Positions 9,821 through 21,460 of a DNA stretch of 64,000 nt are shown piece after piece. The position numbers were made by a program, and so were the translations under genes. Each line of letters opens with the position of its first letter. Position 1 is the first letter of the stretch. The notes under the pieces were generated by a model. That model was not told where the DNA came from and did no database searches. It saw only the letters and a list, made by a program, of their open reading frames with translations. Source of the DNA: Phycisphaerae bacterium (lineage in GTDB: Bacteria; Planctomycetota; Phycisphaerae; UBA1845; Fen-1342); NCBI GenBank assembly GCA_963666925.2, contig CAXXTC010000007.1, forward strand, positions 224,001 through 288,000, in the 5' to 3' direction.

Positions 9821-11568
9821 TTAGTCTGCTCGGCCGAGGTAGATGCGCTGCGTGCCGTCGGACAGGACCACGCGGAAGACCACCTCGTCCGAGTCATTCA
9901 GCACGCCCGAGACGCCGGGGCGGTCCTTCTCCGGCGACGAGCCCGTGTAGATCGCGGCGATATCGTCCACCGGCTCTTTGAGCTCGGTGTCGGTTATCAC
10001 CAGCAACTCGTCACCCGTCCACATCAATAAGCCCGATCCGCCGCCGGTTTGCGTGTAGGGCAGCACCGCGTGGCCGGCGTTGTTAATCGCGCCGCCCGCG
10101 TCGGCCCACACCACCTCGACCCCGTCCAGATCGTTCGGCAGCGTCGTCCCCAACGCCGTGCTGTCGGTCTGGCTGGCCAGGTAGGGCTCATCGCCCGCGA
10201 GCACCAGCGCTTCGCCGTCGTCACTCACACCACCCAGCAGCACCGTTGCCGTCACGCTGCCGCCGGCGAGCTCGGCCCACTCGTCCGTGTCAAAGCTCCA
10301 CAGCAGCACGATCGTCTTCAGTCGTGCTGTTGACGGTGAGCTGCGTGTCCAGCGCGATGTGGCTCAGCGGGCTGATCGCGAAGCCGTCATACGTGCTCGC
10401 ACTGACCTTCGCACCATCGGTCAGCCCGGGCCAGGACGCTCCCGATCGGCTGTCAAGCACGCGGTATTCGCGCGTCCGGCTGGGCCAGGTACAACCCGCG
10501 CCCGATGCCGACGCCGCCATAGACCCCGGTGAACAGCAGGTTGCCCGCGTTGTTGATCGTCGTGGCCGTCTGGAGCGAATCGAAGAAGGCTTCCGCATCC
10601 TGGTCCGGGACGTCGCCCGGATCGTCGGCGCTCTCGTTCGTGTCGCGGATGATCTCCAGCGTAGTTCCGTTGCTGCTGATCAGCGCCTCGCCGGTGACGA
10701 GTTGTGAGTCCGGCGGGTCGGTGAAGTACAGGTAGCTGATCGCGAAGACGGCCCAGCCGCTGGAGCTGACCCCAGGTGCTCCGAAGGTTGGGTTGTATGC
10801 TCCCGAGGCGGCATCCGAATAAAGCGCCTCGATCTGTTCGAGGGTCGGCGACGCGCACCAGGTTGCCGTCGGTCGCCCGCCAGCGATAAATGCCCTTTGA
10901 AGGTTCCTCGCCGGCGATCTTGGACTCGAACAGGAGCCGATCGTCGGGTCCCCAGACGAGTTGCTGTTCGAGCGGCTCGAAGCTGCCCGAAGCTTCGAAG
11001 TTGCCGAAATAATCCGCGGTCGTTCGGCTGGGGACGATTCCGGTTTCGTTGGGATCGTCGTCGACGACGCGTTCCAACTCTCCGTCCCAGACGTACAGTC
11101 CGCCGTGGCCCGCCAATTGGGTGCAACCTTCGTACGTAGCCCAGAAAGCGATGCGTCCCTCGCTGTCGATCACCGGGTTACTGAACTCGACGAACTGGGC
11201 GTCGGCCTGCTCCGGGACGGCGTCGCCGGTGGCGACGACCAGCCCGAGCGTGATGTCCGTTGGGGGGACGAGATCGGTGTCGGTCGGGTCGACAGTGTCG
11301 TCTGCCCCGTCGGTGCCGCCGCTGTCGTCAATCCCGTTGCCATCGGTGCTGCCATCGGTACTGCCGTCGGTGCTCCCGTCAGTTGCTCCCGTCGGTGCTT
11401 CCGTCGGTGCTCCCATCGGTACTGCCATCGGTGCTGCCGTCGGTAGTGCCGTCGTCCGGGGGGGTGACGGGGGGGCAGCCCCCGGTGAGAACGAACATGC
11501 TGATGATACAGGCGGCGCTAATAGTGCACAGCCACACTGCTGCGCAGGGTGGTCAGTAGCGATGACAT
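9821..11568 (-). pseudogene. Frameshifted secreted/lipoprotein with Asp/Gly/Ser/Thr linker and NxxGxxAF-type tandem beta-propeller repeats (indels may be sequencing errors)
   Basis: ATG 11568 after GAGGAG. Lipobox-like LTGGC. Repeat motifs IDSEGRIAF, INNAGNLLF, INNAGHAVL and LNDSDEVVF are spread over several reading frames (ORF pieces 10421-11608 and 9821-10309). Confidence 0.7.
11339..11453 (-). repeat. 12-bp tandem repeat encoding (DGST)n linker, about 9.5 units
   Basis: Minus-strand units GAYGGNAGYACC; one unit is 13 nt (GACGGGAGCAACT), which shifts the frame. Confidence 0.85.
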
Positions 11569-11773
11569 GTTGGCAAGCTCCTCGGGAAGCGTCCAGCGGC
11601 CCGCCCACGGCGTGCCGAGCTAATACTTAAGTGTACGACTACTGTCAATCATCGGCAAAACGTCGGCGTCAGGCTGACTGCAAGGTCCGAATAATCAAAC
11701 GACCCGCATGCGGAGCTGGGCGTGCGGACGGTCAATTTGCAAGCTACGTGCCGCCTGATAATGGTGCCGGCGA

Positions 11774-12835
11774 TCAGGCCTCCGGCTCGATGAAACGGTC
11801 GGCGTCACTGTCGGCGTAGCTCCAGTGAAGCTCGTGCCACGCCCGCCTCCATCACGGCGGAATCAGGGCTGATCCAGCAGTAGTTCACCGGCGCCTTCAT
11901 CCAGAACCCCAGCTTGCGCATCTGCCTGCGAATCTCAGGTCGGCTGACGAACGTGACCACCCGGACGGCGCCGGCCGCAATTGGCGTCCTGTAATATCAG
12001 CAGCAGGATGTCCCGGCAGGTCCGCTTGTCGGAGAAGTCCCCGTACACGTCCAGCAGCCGCACTGTCAGGTCCCCGTCGCTGCCGATTACCCGGCGGGTG
12101 ACGGCGAAGTAGGTTGGTTGGTTCTCGGGGCCCGCGACGTAGAAATCCAACTCGTTTCGATAGGGCGCATCCAGGAAACGCCACTGGCAGAAAGCGATAT
12201 CGCGCAGTGTCGTCATGACGTCCGGCATGCGGTGGCGATCGAACACGCCAGCCAGTGTCTCGGCCGTGGGCTCCGCCAGTCGCCGGGCGGTGTGCACATT
12301 TGAGTGACTCAGCCAGCCGCGCCAAGCGGCCACGCCGGGGCTGATCAGGGTGGCGGCCGTACGCAGGCAGCTGCCGCGCGCAGGCCGCGGGCCTTGCGGA
12401 TGGGGCTGAACTGGCGTGGGTCGCAACAGGATGGTGCGATCCTCCACGTCGTTGCGGACTCCCCAGTTGTGCTTGCGGTGGATTTTGGCGGCGACCTCGT
12501 TCGAGAATCCCACGACCAGTTCGGTTTCGCCGGCGTACTTCGGCGTCGAGAATGCGTTCCAGGCCGCGCCGCCGAAACTCCACGGGGATCCACAGGTCCA
12601 CCCACCACAGGGCTGATACGGTTCGGCCGGGGATGGTGATTGTTGTCGGGATTACGCCGCAATAGCCGGCGATATCGTCGCCGACCAGCAGGACCATGCG
12701 GTTCTCGTTTCCCCGGTAGACCCAGGCGCCATGTTCCCGCAGCGCCTCGGTTCTGCGGTGGCCGTAGGCGGTGTGGAGCATCCGGTACAGAGCATCATGA
12801 TCCACATCGTCGACGGTGACGATTCTCGGTTCCAT
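11774..12835 (-). pseudogene. GNAT-family acetyltransferase (tandem GNAT), frameshifted
   Basis: ATG 12835 (MEPRIVTV...). Motifs GDDIAGYCGVIP and WWVDLWIPVEFRRRGL. Continues in a second frame (LRDIAFCQWRFLDAPY) and ends LHWSYADSDADRFIEPEA* at 11774. Confidence 0.7.
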
Positions 12836-13010
12836 TTCAGTCTCTTCGCAAGCGTTGTTGCTACGTTCGCCCCTGGGACGGATCGTCATTATGGGCACGC
12901 GTATGCAGCGGGGCAATCGTGGTGAAGCCCGGGCTAATCCAGGCCGGGTGGCGCAAGATCTGCCGGGTGGCGCGGGGTGGCTGGCCGCTCGTCCGATAGG
13001 CGCGAATGAG

Positions 13011-13040
13011 TTGCGCACCGTGCCCGGTGGGCAGTATAAT
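13011..13040 (+). promoter_or_regulatory. Putative sigma70-type promoter
   Basis: TTGCGC-N18-TATAAT, followed by a GGAGG RBS and ATG 13060. Confidence 0.5.
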
Positions 13041-13059
13041 CTGGTGGGAGGTGTTAACG

Positions 13060-13776
13060 ATGCCTGTGAGCTCTTCGGGACGAAATCCGGATCTGGCCAA
13101 GCTGGTTGAGAAGCAGTTGCGCAATTGGGAGTTGGCCCGGGCCGTGCAGAGCAAGTCTGCCGCGTCGGCCGGCGATGCAAACAAGGTGTACGAGTTCGTC
13201 ACGGCATCGCGCGCGGTTGCATCAGGGGGCACGCAGGTGACCACCCTGCTGGGCGAGAGGCTGAACTGGCCGGTGTTTGACCGGGCGATTCTCCAAGCCA
13301 TGGCTGGTGATGACACGGTCCGCGAACGTCTGTACAAGGGGCTGGACGAACGCGACGTGAGCTGGCTGGAGAGCGCGCTGCGCTGGATCATGCGCAGCGA
13401 GCTGCGCAACGACGACTATTTCTATCGATTGAGCGAGACGGCGCTGACATTGGTGCGGCAGGGGCCGGCCGTGTTCCTGGGTCGGGGCATCGACCAGCTA
13501 CTGCCACGCGAGCAGGGGCTGCGCGTGCGCGTGACGGCGTCGGCGGAGCGCCGCGCCGCCGAGTTCGCCCGGCGCAACAACATGTCGCCGGCGCTGGCCC
13601 ACGCGGAGATCGAGCGGATCGACCGCGAGCGGGCGGAATATCGGCGAGCGCATTTCGGCAGGTACGCCAACGACGAAGCCTGCTACGATCTCATCCTCGG
13701 AATGGATCGGTTGACGGTCGATCAGGCCGTCGAGACCATCCTGGTGCTGCTGCGATTGAAGGGAATGGCCGCGTAG
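13060..13776 (+). CDS. Cytidylate kinase-like family protein
   Basis: Degenerate P-loop VTASRAVASGG, LNWPVFDR, AVFLGRG, IDRERAEY and YDLIL motifs typical of the cytidylate kinase-like family. Confidence 0.85.
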   Translation: MPVSSSGRNPDLAKLVEKQLRNWELARAVQSKSAASAGDANKVYEFVTASRAVASGGTQVTTLLGERLNWPVFDRAILQAMAGDDTVRERLYKGLDERDVSWLESALRWIMRSELRNDDYFYRLSETALTLVRQGPAVFLGRGIDQLLPREQGLRVRVTASAERRAAEFARRNNMSPALAHAEIERIDRERAEYRRAHFGRYANDEACYDLILGMDRLTVDQAVETILVLLRLKGMAA

Positions 13777-13832
13777 ACCGCGATTCGGATGACCTCGGTC
13801 GGAGGGGGGAATGCCGGCTGGCTATCGGGGGG

Positions 13833-14141
13833 CTACTTTGGCTCGCTGTGTTCGTTGTTAGCCGGAGCCTGTTCGCGCTGGTCGGCTTCGGGAGCCGCCT
13901 GGTTGTTCGCGGGGGTGTCGTTGAGTTCTTCGCGCCGCTCGGGGCCTTGCAAGCGACTGCGCGGGGGTGATTCGTCACGGTCCTCCCGCCCGAGATCGTC
14001 GCCGACCTCATGCAGGCCGCGTTTGAACTCCTTGAACGCGCGGCCCATGGAGCGGGCGACCTCCGGCAGACGATTGCCGAAAAGCAGGAGGGCAACTATG
14101 CCTATAATGAGCCAATGCCACGGACTGCCGAAACCGCCCAT
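13833..14141 (-). CDS. tatA: Twin-arginine translocase TatA/TatE subunit
   Basis: WHWLIIGIVALLLFGNRLPEVARSMGRAFKEFKRGL: classic TatA TM plus amphipathic helix. Confidence 0.93.
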   Translation of the reverse strand: MGGFGSPWHWLIIGIVALLLFGNRLPEVARSMGRAFKEFKRGLHEVGDDLGREDRDESPPRSRLQGPERREELNDTPANNQAAPEADQREQAPANNEHSEPK

Positions 14142-14367
14142 CGGTTAATCCTTCAAACAGATACAGACAAGATGCAGGCCGACCCAAACGGGGCTCGGCG
14201 GACGTCCTGTCACCACTCGACGCGTCAGGCGCCAAGCCGTGGGCCCATTATGAGTTACAAGCGGCCGGGTGTCAAAGCTCCCGGTTGGCCTGCGGTCGGG
14301 GTGGGGCGTTTCATGCATGCTCGGTGGGTGCTATGATCAACCGTTTTGCGAGTTTGCGAGCCCGACC

Positions 14368-15714
14368 ATGCAGCGTGTTTTCGACTTCCTGAGAGCGGAC
14401 GACTTGCCCCTTATGTCGCGGGGGAACTACTCGGCGGAGCTGCGTCAGATCATGCTCTGGGGGGTGGTCGTAGGCGCGGTGGATGGGGCCATCTCCAGCA
14501 TTGTGGCGGCCAAGACCTTTCACGCCAACCAGGCGGCCACCACGCTGATCTGGTCGCTGCCATACATGATCAACGTCCTGAACCCGATCTGGGGCGTGTT
14601 CCTGCGTGGTCGCCGGCGTCTGCCCGCGTTTCGAGTTATCGCGATCGGCGGGCTGGCGGCGACGGCGTCGGTAGCGTTCACGCCCGCGGACTGGACACAC
14701 TCGGCCTGGGTGTTTGCCGGACAGGTGGCGCTGATCCACTTTTTCCTCTCCGGGCTGATCACGCTGCGCACCACCCTGTGGCGCGTCAACTATCCGCAAA
14801 TCTGTCGGGCGCGAATTGCCGGGCGGCTGCAAACCGTGCGGCTGTTGCTGATGTTGTGTACGGGGGCGGGCCTGAGCACGCTGTTCGACTGGCAGGCCTG
14901 GAGCTACCAGATCACGTATCCACTGGTGGCAGCCGTCGGGCTGGTGTCGTTGTTTCCGCTGAGAAACATGCGTGTGCGGCAGGAGAAGCTGGAACTCCGT
15001 GAGGTGCAACGTCGGCTGGAAGAGCGGCGGGCTACGCAACGGGCGGGTCGGCTGGGACTGTGGGGCGGGCTGGGCGAGGCCGTCGACATTTTGCGCAGCG
15101 ATCGGATGTTCGCCGCGTACATGTTCGCTCAGTTTCTGCTCGGTGCAGCCAACTTCTTCACTGAGCCGCTGTTGATCACAATTGTCACGACGCGCCTCGA
15201 TCTGCGCTATTTCGATTCAGCTCTGATCACGGCGTTGATCCCGACGGTGGTGATGTTGGTCGGGATAAGTTATTGGGCGCCCGTGTTCGACCGGGCCGGC
15301 GTGCTGAAATTCAGGGTCTACAACAGCTTGATGTGGCTGATCTCTTTCGCCGGAATCACAACGTCCATGTTGATTATCGGCATCGCGGGTCGGTCGGCGT
15401 TGCCGATCGCTCTGGTGTTGCTGGTTGTTGCTCGGATATTCACCGGGTTGGGACGCGGAAGCGGCGCAATCGCCTGGAACATAGGGCACTTACATTTCGC
15501 TCGGCCCCACCAGACGGAGCTCTATATGGGCATACACGTGGGCCTGACAGGAGTGCGCGCCCTGGTCATGCCGGCCGTAGCGTACGGTTGTAGCCAGATC
15601 ATCGGCTACGGCTCGTTCATCGTGGCGGTGGTGCTGGCGATTATCGCACACCTCCTCTTTCATCGCCTGGTGCGCCTCAGTCAGGCCGATCAGCCGACCG
15701 CCTCCTCCGGCTGA
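14368..15714 (+). CDS. MFS transporter
   Basis: About 12 hydrophobic segments in two halves joined by a central hydrophilic loop; start uncertain. Confidence 0.8.
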   Translation: MQRVFDFLRADDLPLMSRGNYSAELRQIMLWGVVVGAVDGAISSIVAAKTFHANQAATTLIWSLPYMINVLNPIWGVFLRGRRRLPAFRVIAIGGLAATASVAFTPADWTHSAWVFAGQVALIHFFLSGLITLRTTLWRVNYPQICRARIAGRLQTVRLLLMLCTGAGLSTLFDWQAWSYQITYPLVAAVGLVSLFPLRNMRVRQEKLELREVQRRLEERRATQRAGRLGLWGGLGEAVDILRSDRMFAAYMFAQFLLGAANFFTEPLLITIVTTRLDLRYFDSALITALIPTVVMLVGISYWAPVFDRAGVLKFRVYNSLMWLISFAGITTSMLIIGIAGRSALPIALVLLVVARIFTGLGRGSGAIAWNIGHLHFARPHQTELYMGIHVGLTGVRALVMPAVAYGCSQIIGYGSFIVAVVLAIIAHLLFHRLVRLSQADQPTASSG

Positions 15715-16001
15715 CTCGGCCGGACGTGCCGGCGGCGGCGTGCTGTGTGCGGCAGATGAGGGATACATGAAAGTTGCGTCGTTGTGTTTGCTTTTGGTTA
15801 ACTTTGGCTCGGCGGCCTTGAACGCGATTTGCCCCGGGGGTAGCTTCGTTTTTCAATGATACTGGATGGGAGGAGGAGCACTTCCCGACCAGGCTCATGA
15901 CGTAGTACGGCAAGCGTTACCCATGGTGCTGTGCGCTTTGAGGAGGGCGCGTGGCGCGTTTTCAACACCCTGTTCTGCGAAAGAATTCAGGAGGAGAGAC
16001 C

Positions 16002-16691
16002 ATGAAGAAAACTTTGTGCATGATCGCGATTCTGGGCCTGGCCACCAGCGCCATGGCCGCCACCGTGACCTACGGCTGGGAAGACGGCGGGACCATCCTC
16101 GGTTCCTATGGCAACCTGGCCGACCCGACCAATGTCAGTGGTATTCAGAGCGGCCTCACCGGCGACGTCGCTCCGGGCACTTGGTCCACCACCGGCCCCC
16201 ACGGCGGCAGCAGCTACCTGCACGTCGCCGAAGACCCCCACTCCAGCACGCCGCAGGCGTACGTGGCCTGGATCACCGGTCTCGAAGATGGTGATGTGGT
16301 CGACGGCAGCTTCTGGGGCTGGGATGATCTCGATGGCACCGAGTCCTCCTACGGCGCGCCCGCCCTGCGCATCTGGGGTCATTACGCGACCTCGAGCAGC
16401 CCCGACTACGTCGCTTCGGCCGGTGGCAGCAGCACATACTCCGAGGCCACGGTGGACGGCTGGCAAGAGCTCAGCCATAGCTGGGAGTTCGACAGCGACG
16501 GCGGTGCCCGCGACGCGCTCGTCATCGAGGTTCGCCTTTACAGCTACGGCTACACCAGTGATTCCCGCACCGATTACTGGGTCGATGATCTCACCGTCAC
16601 GGCCCCGGAAAGCGCGACCATCATCGTCGCTCCTGAGCCGGCTAGCCTGATGCTGCTTTGCCTGGCGGGTTTGTTGATTCGCCGTCGCTAA
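16002..16691 (+). CDS. PEP-CTERM sorting domain protein
   Basis: RBS AGGAGGAG; signal peptide MKKTLCMIAILGLATSAMA; C-terminus APEPASLMLLCLAGLLIRRR. Confidence 0.93.
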   Translation: MKKTLCMIAILGLATSAMAATVTYGWEDGGTILGSYGNLADPTNVSGIQSGLTGDVAPGTWSTTGPHGGSSYLHVAEDPHSSTPQAYVAWITGLEDGDVVDGSFWGWDDLDGTESSYGAPALRIWGHYATSSSPDYVASAGGSSTYSEATVDGWQELSHSWEFDSDGGARDALVIEVRLYSYGYTSDSRTDYWVDDLTVTAPESATIIVAPEPASLMLLCLAGLLIRRR

Positions 16692-16736
16692 GCGCGACAA
16701 CCGAATACGAGCGTTCTTATGGGCGCTGACGATTTT

Positions 16737-16776
16737 GCGGGGCGAGCGTCTTGCCTGATGCTCGCCCCGCTTCTTT
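16737..16776 (+). terminator. Rho-independent terminator
   Basis: GCGGGGCGAGCGTC...GATGCTCGCCCCGC stem followed by TTCTTT, lying between convergent genes. Confidence 0.7.
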
Positions 16777-16786
16777 GCGCGCCGGT

Positions 16787-17601
16787 TCAGATGGGTTCTA
16801 CCGCGCTCGCCGGCAGCCAGCCGGTCTGACCGTTGGACAGCTCGACCGCGACCCACGATCCGCGGCGATCGACGATGCGTAGCTCTATGCCCGGGCCGAG
16901 CGGCTGTTTCAGCGCCAGGTCAGAACCTTCGCCGCGGCCCAGCCGCAGCGGCACCGGCTCGTCGACGACGACCGCGGGCGGTTGCACGTGGTCGTAGTGA
17001 AGCTGGACGAGCAGCGAAGTCGCCACGGCCAGCGACATGGCAACCGCGACCAGGCCGGCCACTAGCAGCGCCGCCCGGCGCTGCCAGAGCCGCAGCAGCA
17101 GCATGCCCCAGCCCAGGATGGTAAGCGCGACGAGAGCATTCGAACGCTGCGCCGGCGACGTGTCGTAGTGCCAGACCAGCAGGTGGCGGGCGAGACGTTG
17201 CTGCCCGGTCGCGGTAATGAGCGGCTCGACCCGTTGCCGGGCATATTGGAGATTCGCCCGGAGAGTGGCGTCGTGGGGGTCGAGGGCTGCGGCCCGGCGA
17301 TAGTGCAGGATAGCCCGGCCGAGTTGCCCCAGCCGAAAGTGGACGTTCCCCAGGTTGTATTCGAGGGCCGCGCTGCACAGCCCCGCGTCGCGTAGGGCGT
17401 GGAAGCCGGCGGCGGCGGCCTGGTACTGTGCGCGGGCTGCGGTAGGGTCGTCGAACGCGTTCGCGACGGCATCGTCCATAGGCCGCGAGAGCTGCGTCGA
17501 GAATCTCGCGCTGCTGCGTTGGGGAGAGCTGATCCGTCGGCCCGGCCCAGGCGGGCCGACGCCAGCACGATAAGCGGGATGAGACATCGCAGGCGGCTCA
17601 T
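16787..17601 (-). CDS. BatE-like TPR + TM + SH3 protein (frameshift near N-terminus)
   Basis: ATG 17601 (MSRLRCLIPLIVLASA). The main frame has YNLGNVHFRLGQLGRAILHYRRA (TPR), two TMs and a C-terminal SH3 (GSWVAVELSNGQTGWLP). Lies directly downstream of the BatD-like gene. Confidence 0.75.
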
Positions 17602-19326
17602 TGGAGACGTTCTCGTTCCACGGTCTGGATGCAGTTCCGGGCGGCGCTGCATAGGTCAACATTGCTGGGCTGAGCGGCTCCGGCGAACGTGGCCTCCTCG
17701 CAGTCGGCCAGCAATCGTTCCCAATCTGCCGCCGCCGACTCGCCTCAGGCCCGCCTCCCGCAGTCGCTCAGCGCCAGCGGTGTCGGTGCAGCGTCCGACG
17801 GGCAGATCGAGACGGTCGGCCACATAGCCGGCCAGTGCTGCTGCCACGCCGGCGGCACGTTCCTCAGGTGGGCCGGCGGCGGCCTGCTGGAGCCGCACGC
17901 GGGCGGTGCGAGCGGCACGCTGGCGGCGCTGGCGGGCCGGATTAGACCGGCGCACCCGTACGAGCGCGACACATGCCCAGACCGCAGTGACAACCACGGG
18001 TGGGGCCAGCGTGAGCGTCAGTACCGTGGCCACGGTGGGTGGGCGACGGGTCGCCAGCAGCAGGCGCGGGCTGATCACAATGTCCGTGCAGGCCATCGAG
18101 TTTCTGGAGTTCGGTGCCGTCTGCTATGCCCGGGGCAGTGAGTTGGGTCGGCTCGGGCAGGGCCAGCTCGGCTGCCGGCTCAACCTCCAGCGTAATCGGA
18201 TCGCTGCGCGCGATTACAAACCGCTCGGCGTCGGGGTCGAAGTAGGGATATTCGATGGCCGGGATTTCCGTGATCCGGTCGTTGGTCGCGCGGATCACGA
18301 CCTCGAAGTGCCGCGTACCTGAGCGAGTTTCGCCGGCGAGCGGCTCCGTCGGCACGCGGAAGTCGCGCGTGAGCGCGGGGTCAGAGGCCAGCAGTGGCGG
18401 CGGCAGCGTGTCGAGCGGACCGGAGCCGAAGATGTCGATTGTGAGGTTGATCGGATCGCCGACGCGGACCTCGGTCGGGTTGGCGTGTGCCTCGATATCA
18501 AACAGGCCGACGGCGCCGCTGAAGTTGGCCGGCCGGTGGTCCTGTGGTACGGGCAGCACCTCGATGGCGGTGCTCTCAGGGCTGGTGCGGAGGTGGCGAT
18601 AGCCGTCGCCTGGCCGGATAGGCCAGGCCGACCCGGATATCGTGTAAATCGAGCGCCCCCGGGGTGTTCCGGGATATAGTCGGTTGCGAATTCGTAGACG
18701 TAGAAGAGCTTGTCCTTGCCGTTGATTTTGCTCTGGCGGCGGGTGACGTGGCTAGTACGCACCGGGAATGGGCCGAAATCAATCGCCTGGAGCTGCGCCA
18801 GCATGTCGCGCTCACTCAGGCGGCGCGAGCCGTAGCGGGCCGGCTGTACCCAGACCTCCATCGTGAGCTTGACGAGCTGCCCGACGTAAACGCGTTGGTG
18901 GGGCGTGACGATCGTGACGCGGAGCAATTCGTCGGCGTTGCTCGGCGCGACCTTGATAGTGCGTGGCTGCGTCTTAAGCACCTGGCCGTCAACCTGGACG
19001 GTGACCGGGGGGATTTCGAGGCTGCCAATGCGCCCCGGGACAACCTCGAAGCTGTACGTCCGCGTGTGCGAGTCGGTTCGGTGGCCGTTAATGATGCGGG
19101 TGCTTTGCATTTCCGACGGCGTGCCGGCCGCGCGGATCTGGCAGTCGGGCAGGGCCGGAAGTTTGGGCGGCTGGCACTGCTGGAAGTTGGCTACGACGAC
19201 GCGCAGCTCGAACGCCTCGCCGGCGTAGAACTCGTTCTGGCGAAACTGAAGCGTGACGCTGGGCTGGGCACGTACGGCGGCCGTACCCAGGGTGAGCAGC
19301 AGCAGAATTCCGAGGCGGAGTCGCAT
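17598..19326 (-). pseudogene. BatD family protein, split by several frameshifts
   Basis: Signal peptide and BatD-like motifs (STRIING, LEIPPVTVQVDG, RVYVGQ, FSGAVGLFDI, VRVGDPINLTI, IPAIEYPYFDP) across frames 18295-19326, 17942-18559 and 17656-18096. Final frame ends CIQTVERERLQ*, overlapping the BatE-like ATG. Confidence 0.8.
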
Positions 19327-19469
19327 GGATTGGTCCCATCGTCTCTCGGGCCGCCTGTTCGGCTGGTCGGCGGCGCACCGGTGCGCATTTTACGAGGTTG
19401 CGGCAGATGCTCCAGGGGGCCAGCACACCGCAGGCCGAGTATGATGTGTGCTGGCCAGAGGAGGTGTCT

Positions 19470-19919
19470 ATGTCTGATGCGAGTCCGCCCGCGGTGCCGA
19501 CGGTGGTGGCGCTGGTATTGTGCGACCAGGTCATCGACGATCGGCTGAGCAACAAGAAGAGTGCGATCGGGATCTTCAACACGGTGGTGGTGCCACGTGT
19601 GCCAACGACGATCAGCCAGTTCTACGTGCTGGCGTCGCTGACGGAGTTCACCGGCCGGACGGAGTTGGAGCTGCGGCTGGTACGTGACGCCGACAACCAG
19701 GTACTGTTCAGCGGTCAGGGTGCGGTTGAGGCGCCCGACCCGCTGGCGATAGTGGATCTAGTGTTCGCGATGCAGGGTTTGCAGGTCACGGATGGTGGCC
19801 AGCATGCGTTCGAGTTGCTGACGGGCGGGACGCTGCTGAGTCGGCGCCGGTTTCAGGTTGTTCAGCGGCCGCCGAGCGGGCCGGCGACGTGGCCCGGCGG
19901 TGAGAAGGGCGAGGTTTGA
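19470..19919 (+). CDS. Conserved hypothetical protein (DUF6941-like)
   Basis: RBS GAGGAGG; ALVLCDQVIDD...KKSAIGIFN motif, beta-rich. Confidence 0.7.
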   Translation: MSDASPPAVPTVVALVLCDQVIDDRLSNKKSAIGIFNTVVVPRVPTTISQFYVLASLTEFTGRTELELRLVRDADNQVLFSGQGAVEAPDPLAIVDLVFAMQGLQVTDGGQHAFELLTGGTLLSRRRFQVVQRPPSGPATWPGGEKGEV

Positions 19920-20022
19920 CATGTTTGGGGGTCGGCGTAGAATCCGCCTGAGAAGGTACCCCCCGGGCCAAGCGGGGGCAGGACAACGGTAATCGAACGA
20001 TTGTTGATATATGGAGCGTGCA

Positions 20023-20364
20023 ATGGCCGGTCAGAACACGTTGATGATTGACGACGGCAACTTCGATTCCGAGGTGATTCAGGCCAATGTTCCGGTGCTG
20101 GTCGACTTCTGGGCGCAGTGGTGCGGTCCGTGCCAGATGATGGGTCCGATCATCGACGAGATCGCGGACGAGTACGCCGGCAAGGCCAAGGTGGCCAAGG
20201 TCGACGTCGATCAGGCTCGTGATCTGGCGGGGCGCTACGGGATCCAGAGCATTCCGACGGTGATCGTGTTCCACAACGGCGAAGCGGTCGAAAAGGTCGT
20301 TGGAGCCCGCACCAAGGCCGACTATCAGAAGATGATCGACGCCCGTCTCGGCGGTGAGCAGTAG
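20023..20364 (+). CDS. trxA: Thioredoxin
   Basis: VLVDFWAQWCGPCQMM; GIQSIPT. Confidence 0.95.
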   Translation: MAGQNTLMIDDGNFDSEVIQANVPVLVDFWAQWCGPCQMMGPIIDEIADEYAGKAKVAKVDVDQARDLAGRYGIQSIPTVIVFHNGEAVEKVVGARTKADYQKMIDARLGGEQ

Positions 20365-20572
20365 CAGCCGCGAGGTCTCATATTCAATCGGGTTGGGACA
20401 CGACCACCGCGGAGCGTGGCTTCCGGGGTGGCAGGATTGCAAATGTGTGAATATGAGAAATCGCTCGGGGGCCGGGGTATAATGGTTGGTTTTAGGTCTG
20501 AATATCGTTCACAGCTCGCGTGGCCACCCGATCCCATCGGTAGGAAAGGGACGCCCCGCGGGGTGGAGGTGT

Positions 20573-21340
20573 ATGAGAATGGTCGCGTGTTTCAGGAATG
20601 AACTTTTGACCGGTCGGTTCGGTCTGGTGTTGCTTGTTTCGCTGTCTCTGGTGATGTTTGGCGGATGCCCGACCCAGACAGCGGATGACGGAGGGACGAC
20701 CGATAACTCGGGGGCCGACAACTCCGGCACAGACGGGAACACAAACACCGGTAACAACCAGGGCAACGGTGACGATGCATCGGATGCTGAGCTGTTCACC
20801 CTCACCCATATCGGGTCGGTCGTGGTCGATACGGACGAGTACACGGCCAAGTCGGTAATTACCGGGACGGCCGAAATCGCCCTCACCCCGAACGAGTCGA
20901 CGACTGTCGCCGTCCCCTACACCATCAGCGTCGACATCGACGGCAAGACGGCGGACAATGGCGACCAGTACGTCTTCACGCCCGGGACGCTCGCGCTGGA
21001 GGGAACTTTGCGCTGGACCGTCGACTACACCGTTGACGGTGCTGAGCGGTGCGTCGAGGTTTCCGCGGCAGTGTTCAATGCCGACTCTCAGTTGGTGGCA
21101 ATGAGCAAGATCACCACCGCCGACGGCACCGTCGATCTGGGCACGGGGATATTCCAGGCGTTTGCCGATCAGCTCGGCGGCACCGTGGTTCCGCCGCTGG
21201 CGCTGACTGACGAGTCCTGTGATGCTCCGTATTCCTGGGAAGATACGTGGAATGTCGACGAATCGGGCGTGTTCACCGAGGCCGAGGCGACCGTAATCAT
21301 CACTCCGAAAAACTCGACAGCAGCGCGCCGCCGGTCGTAG
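20573..21340 (+). CDS. Hypothetical lipoprotein with acidic low-complexity linker
   Basis: RBS GGAGG; hydrophobic signal with MFGG-C lipobox-like site; D/G/N/T-rich linker. Confidence 0.7.
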   Translation: MRMVACFRNELLTGRFGLVLLVSLSLVMFGGCPTQTADDGGTTDNSGADNSGTDGNTNTGNNQGNGDDASDAELFTLTHIGSVVVDTDEYTAKSVITGTAEIALTPNESTTVAVPYTISVDIDGKTADNGDQYVFTPGTLALEGTLRWTVDYTVDGAERCVEVSAAVFNADSQLVAMSKITTADGTVDLGTGIFQAFADQLGGTVVPPLALTDESCDAPYSWEDTWNVDESGVFTEAEATVIITPKNSTAARRRS

Positions 21341-21460
21341 CGCCCGCGCTTGCCGCCGCTGCGCGATCTGAATTGTATCCTGGGGCGTTGTGGCCGATCA
21401 GGTTGCGACGCCTCTTGTATTATGCGATATCGTGCGCACCAACAGAGAGGATTCTTGCAG

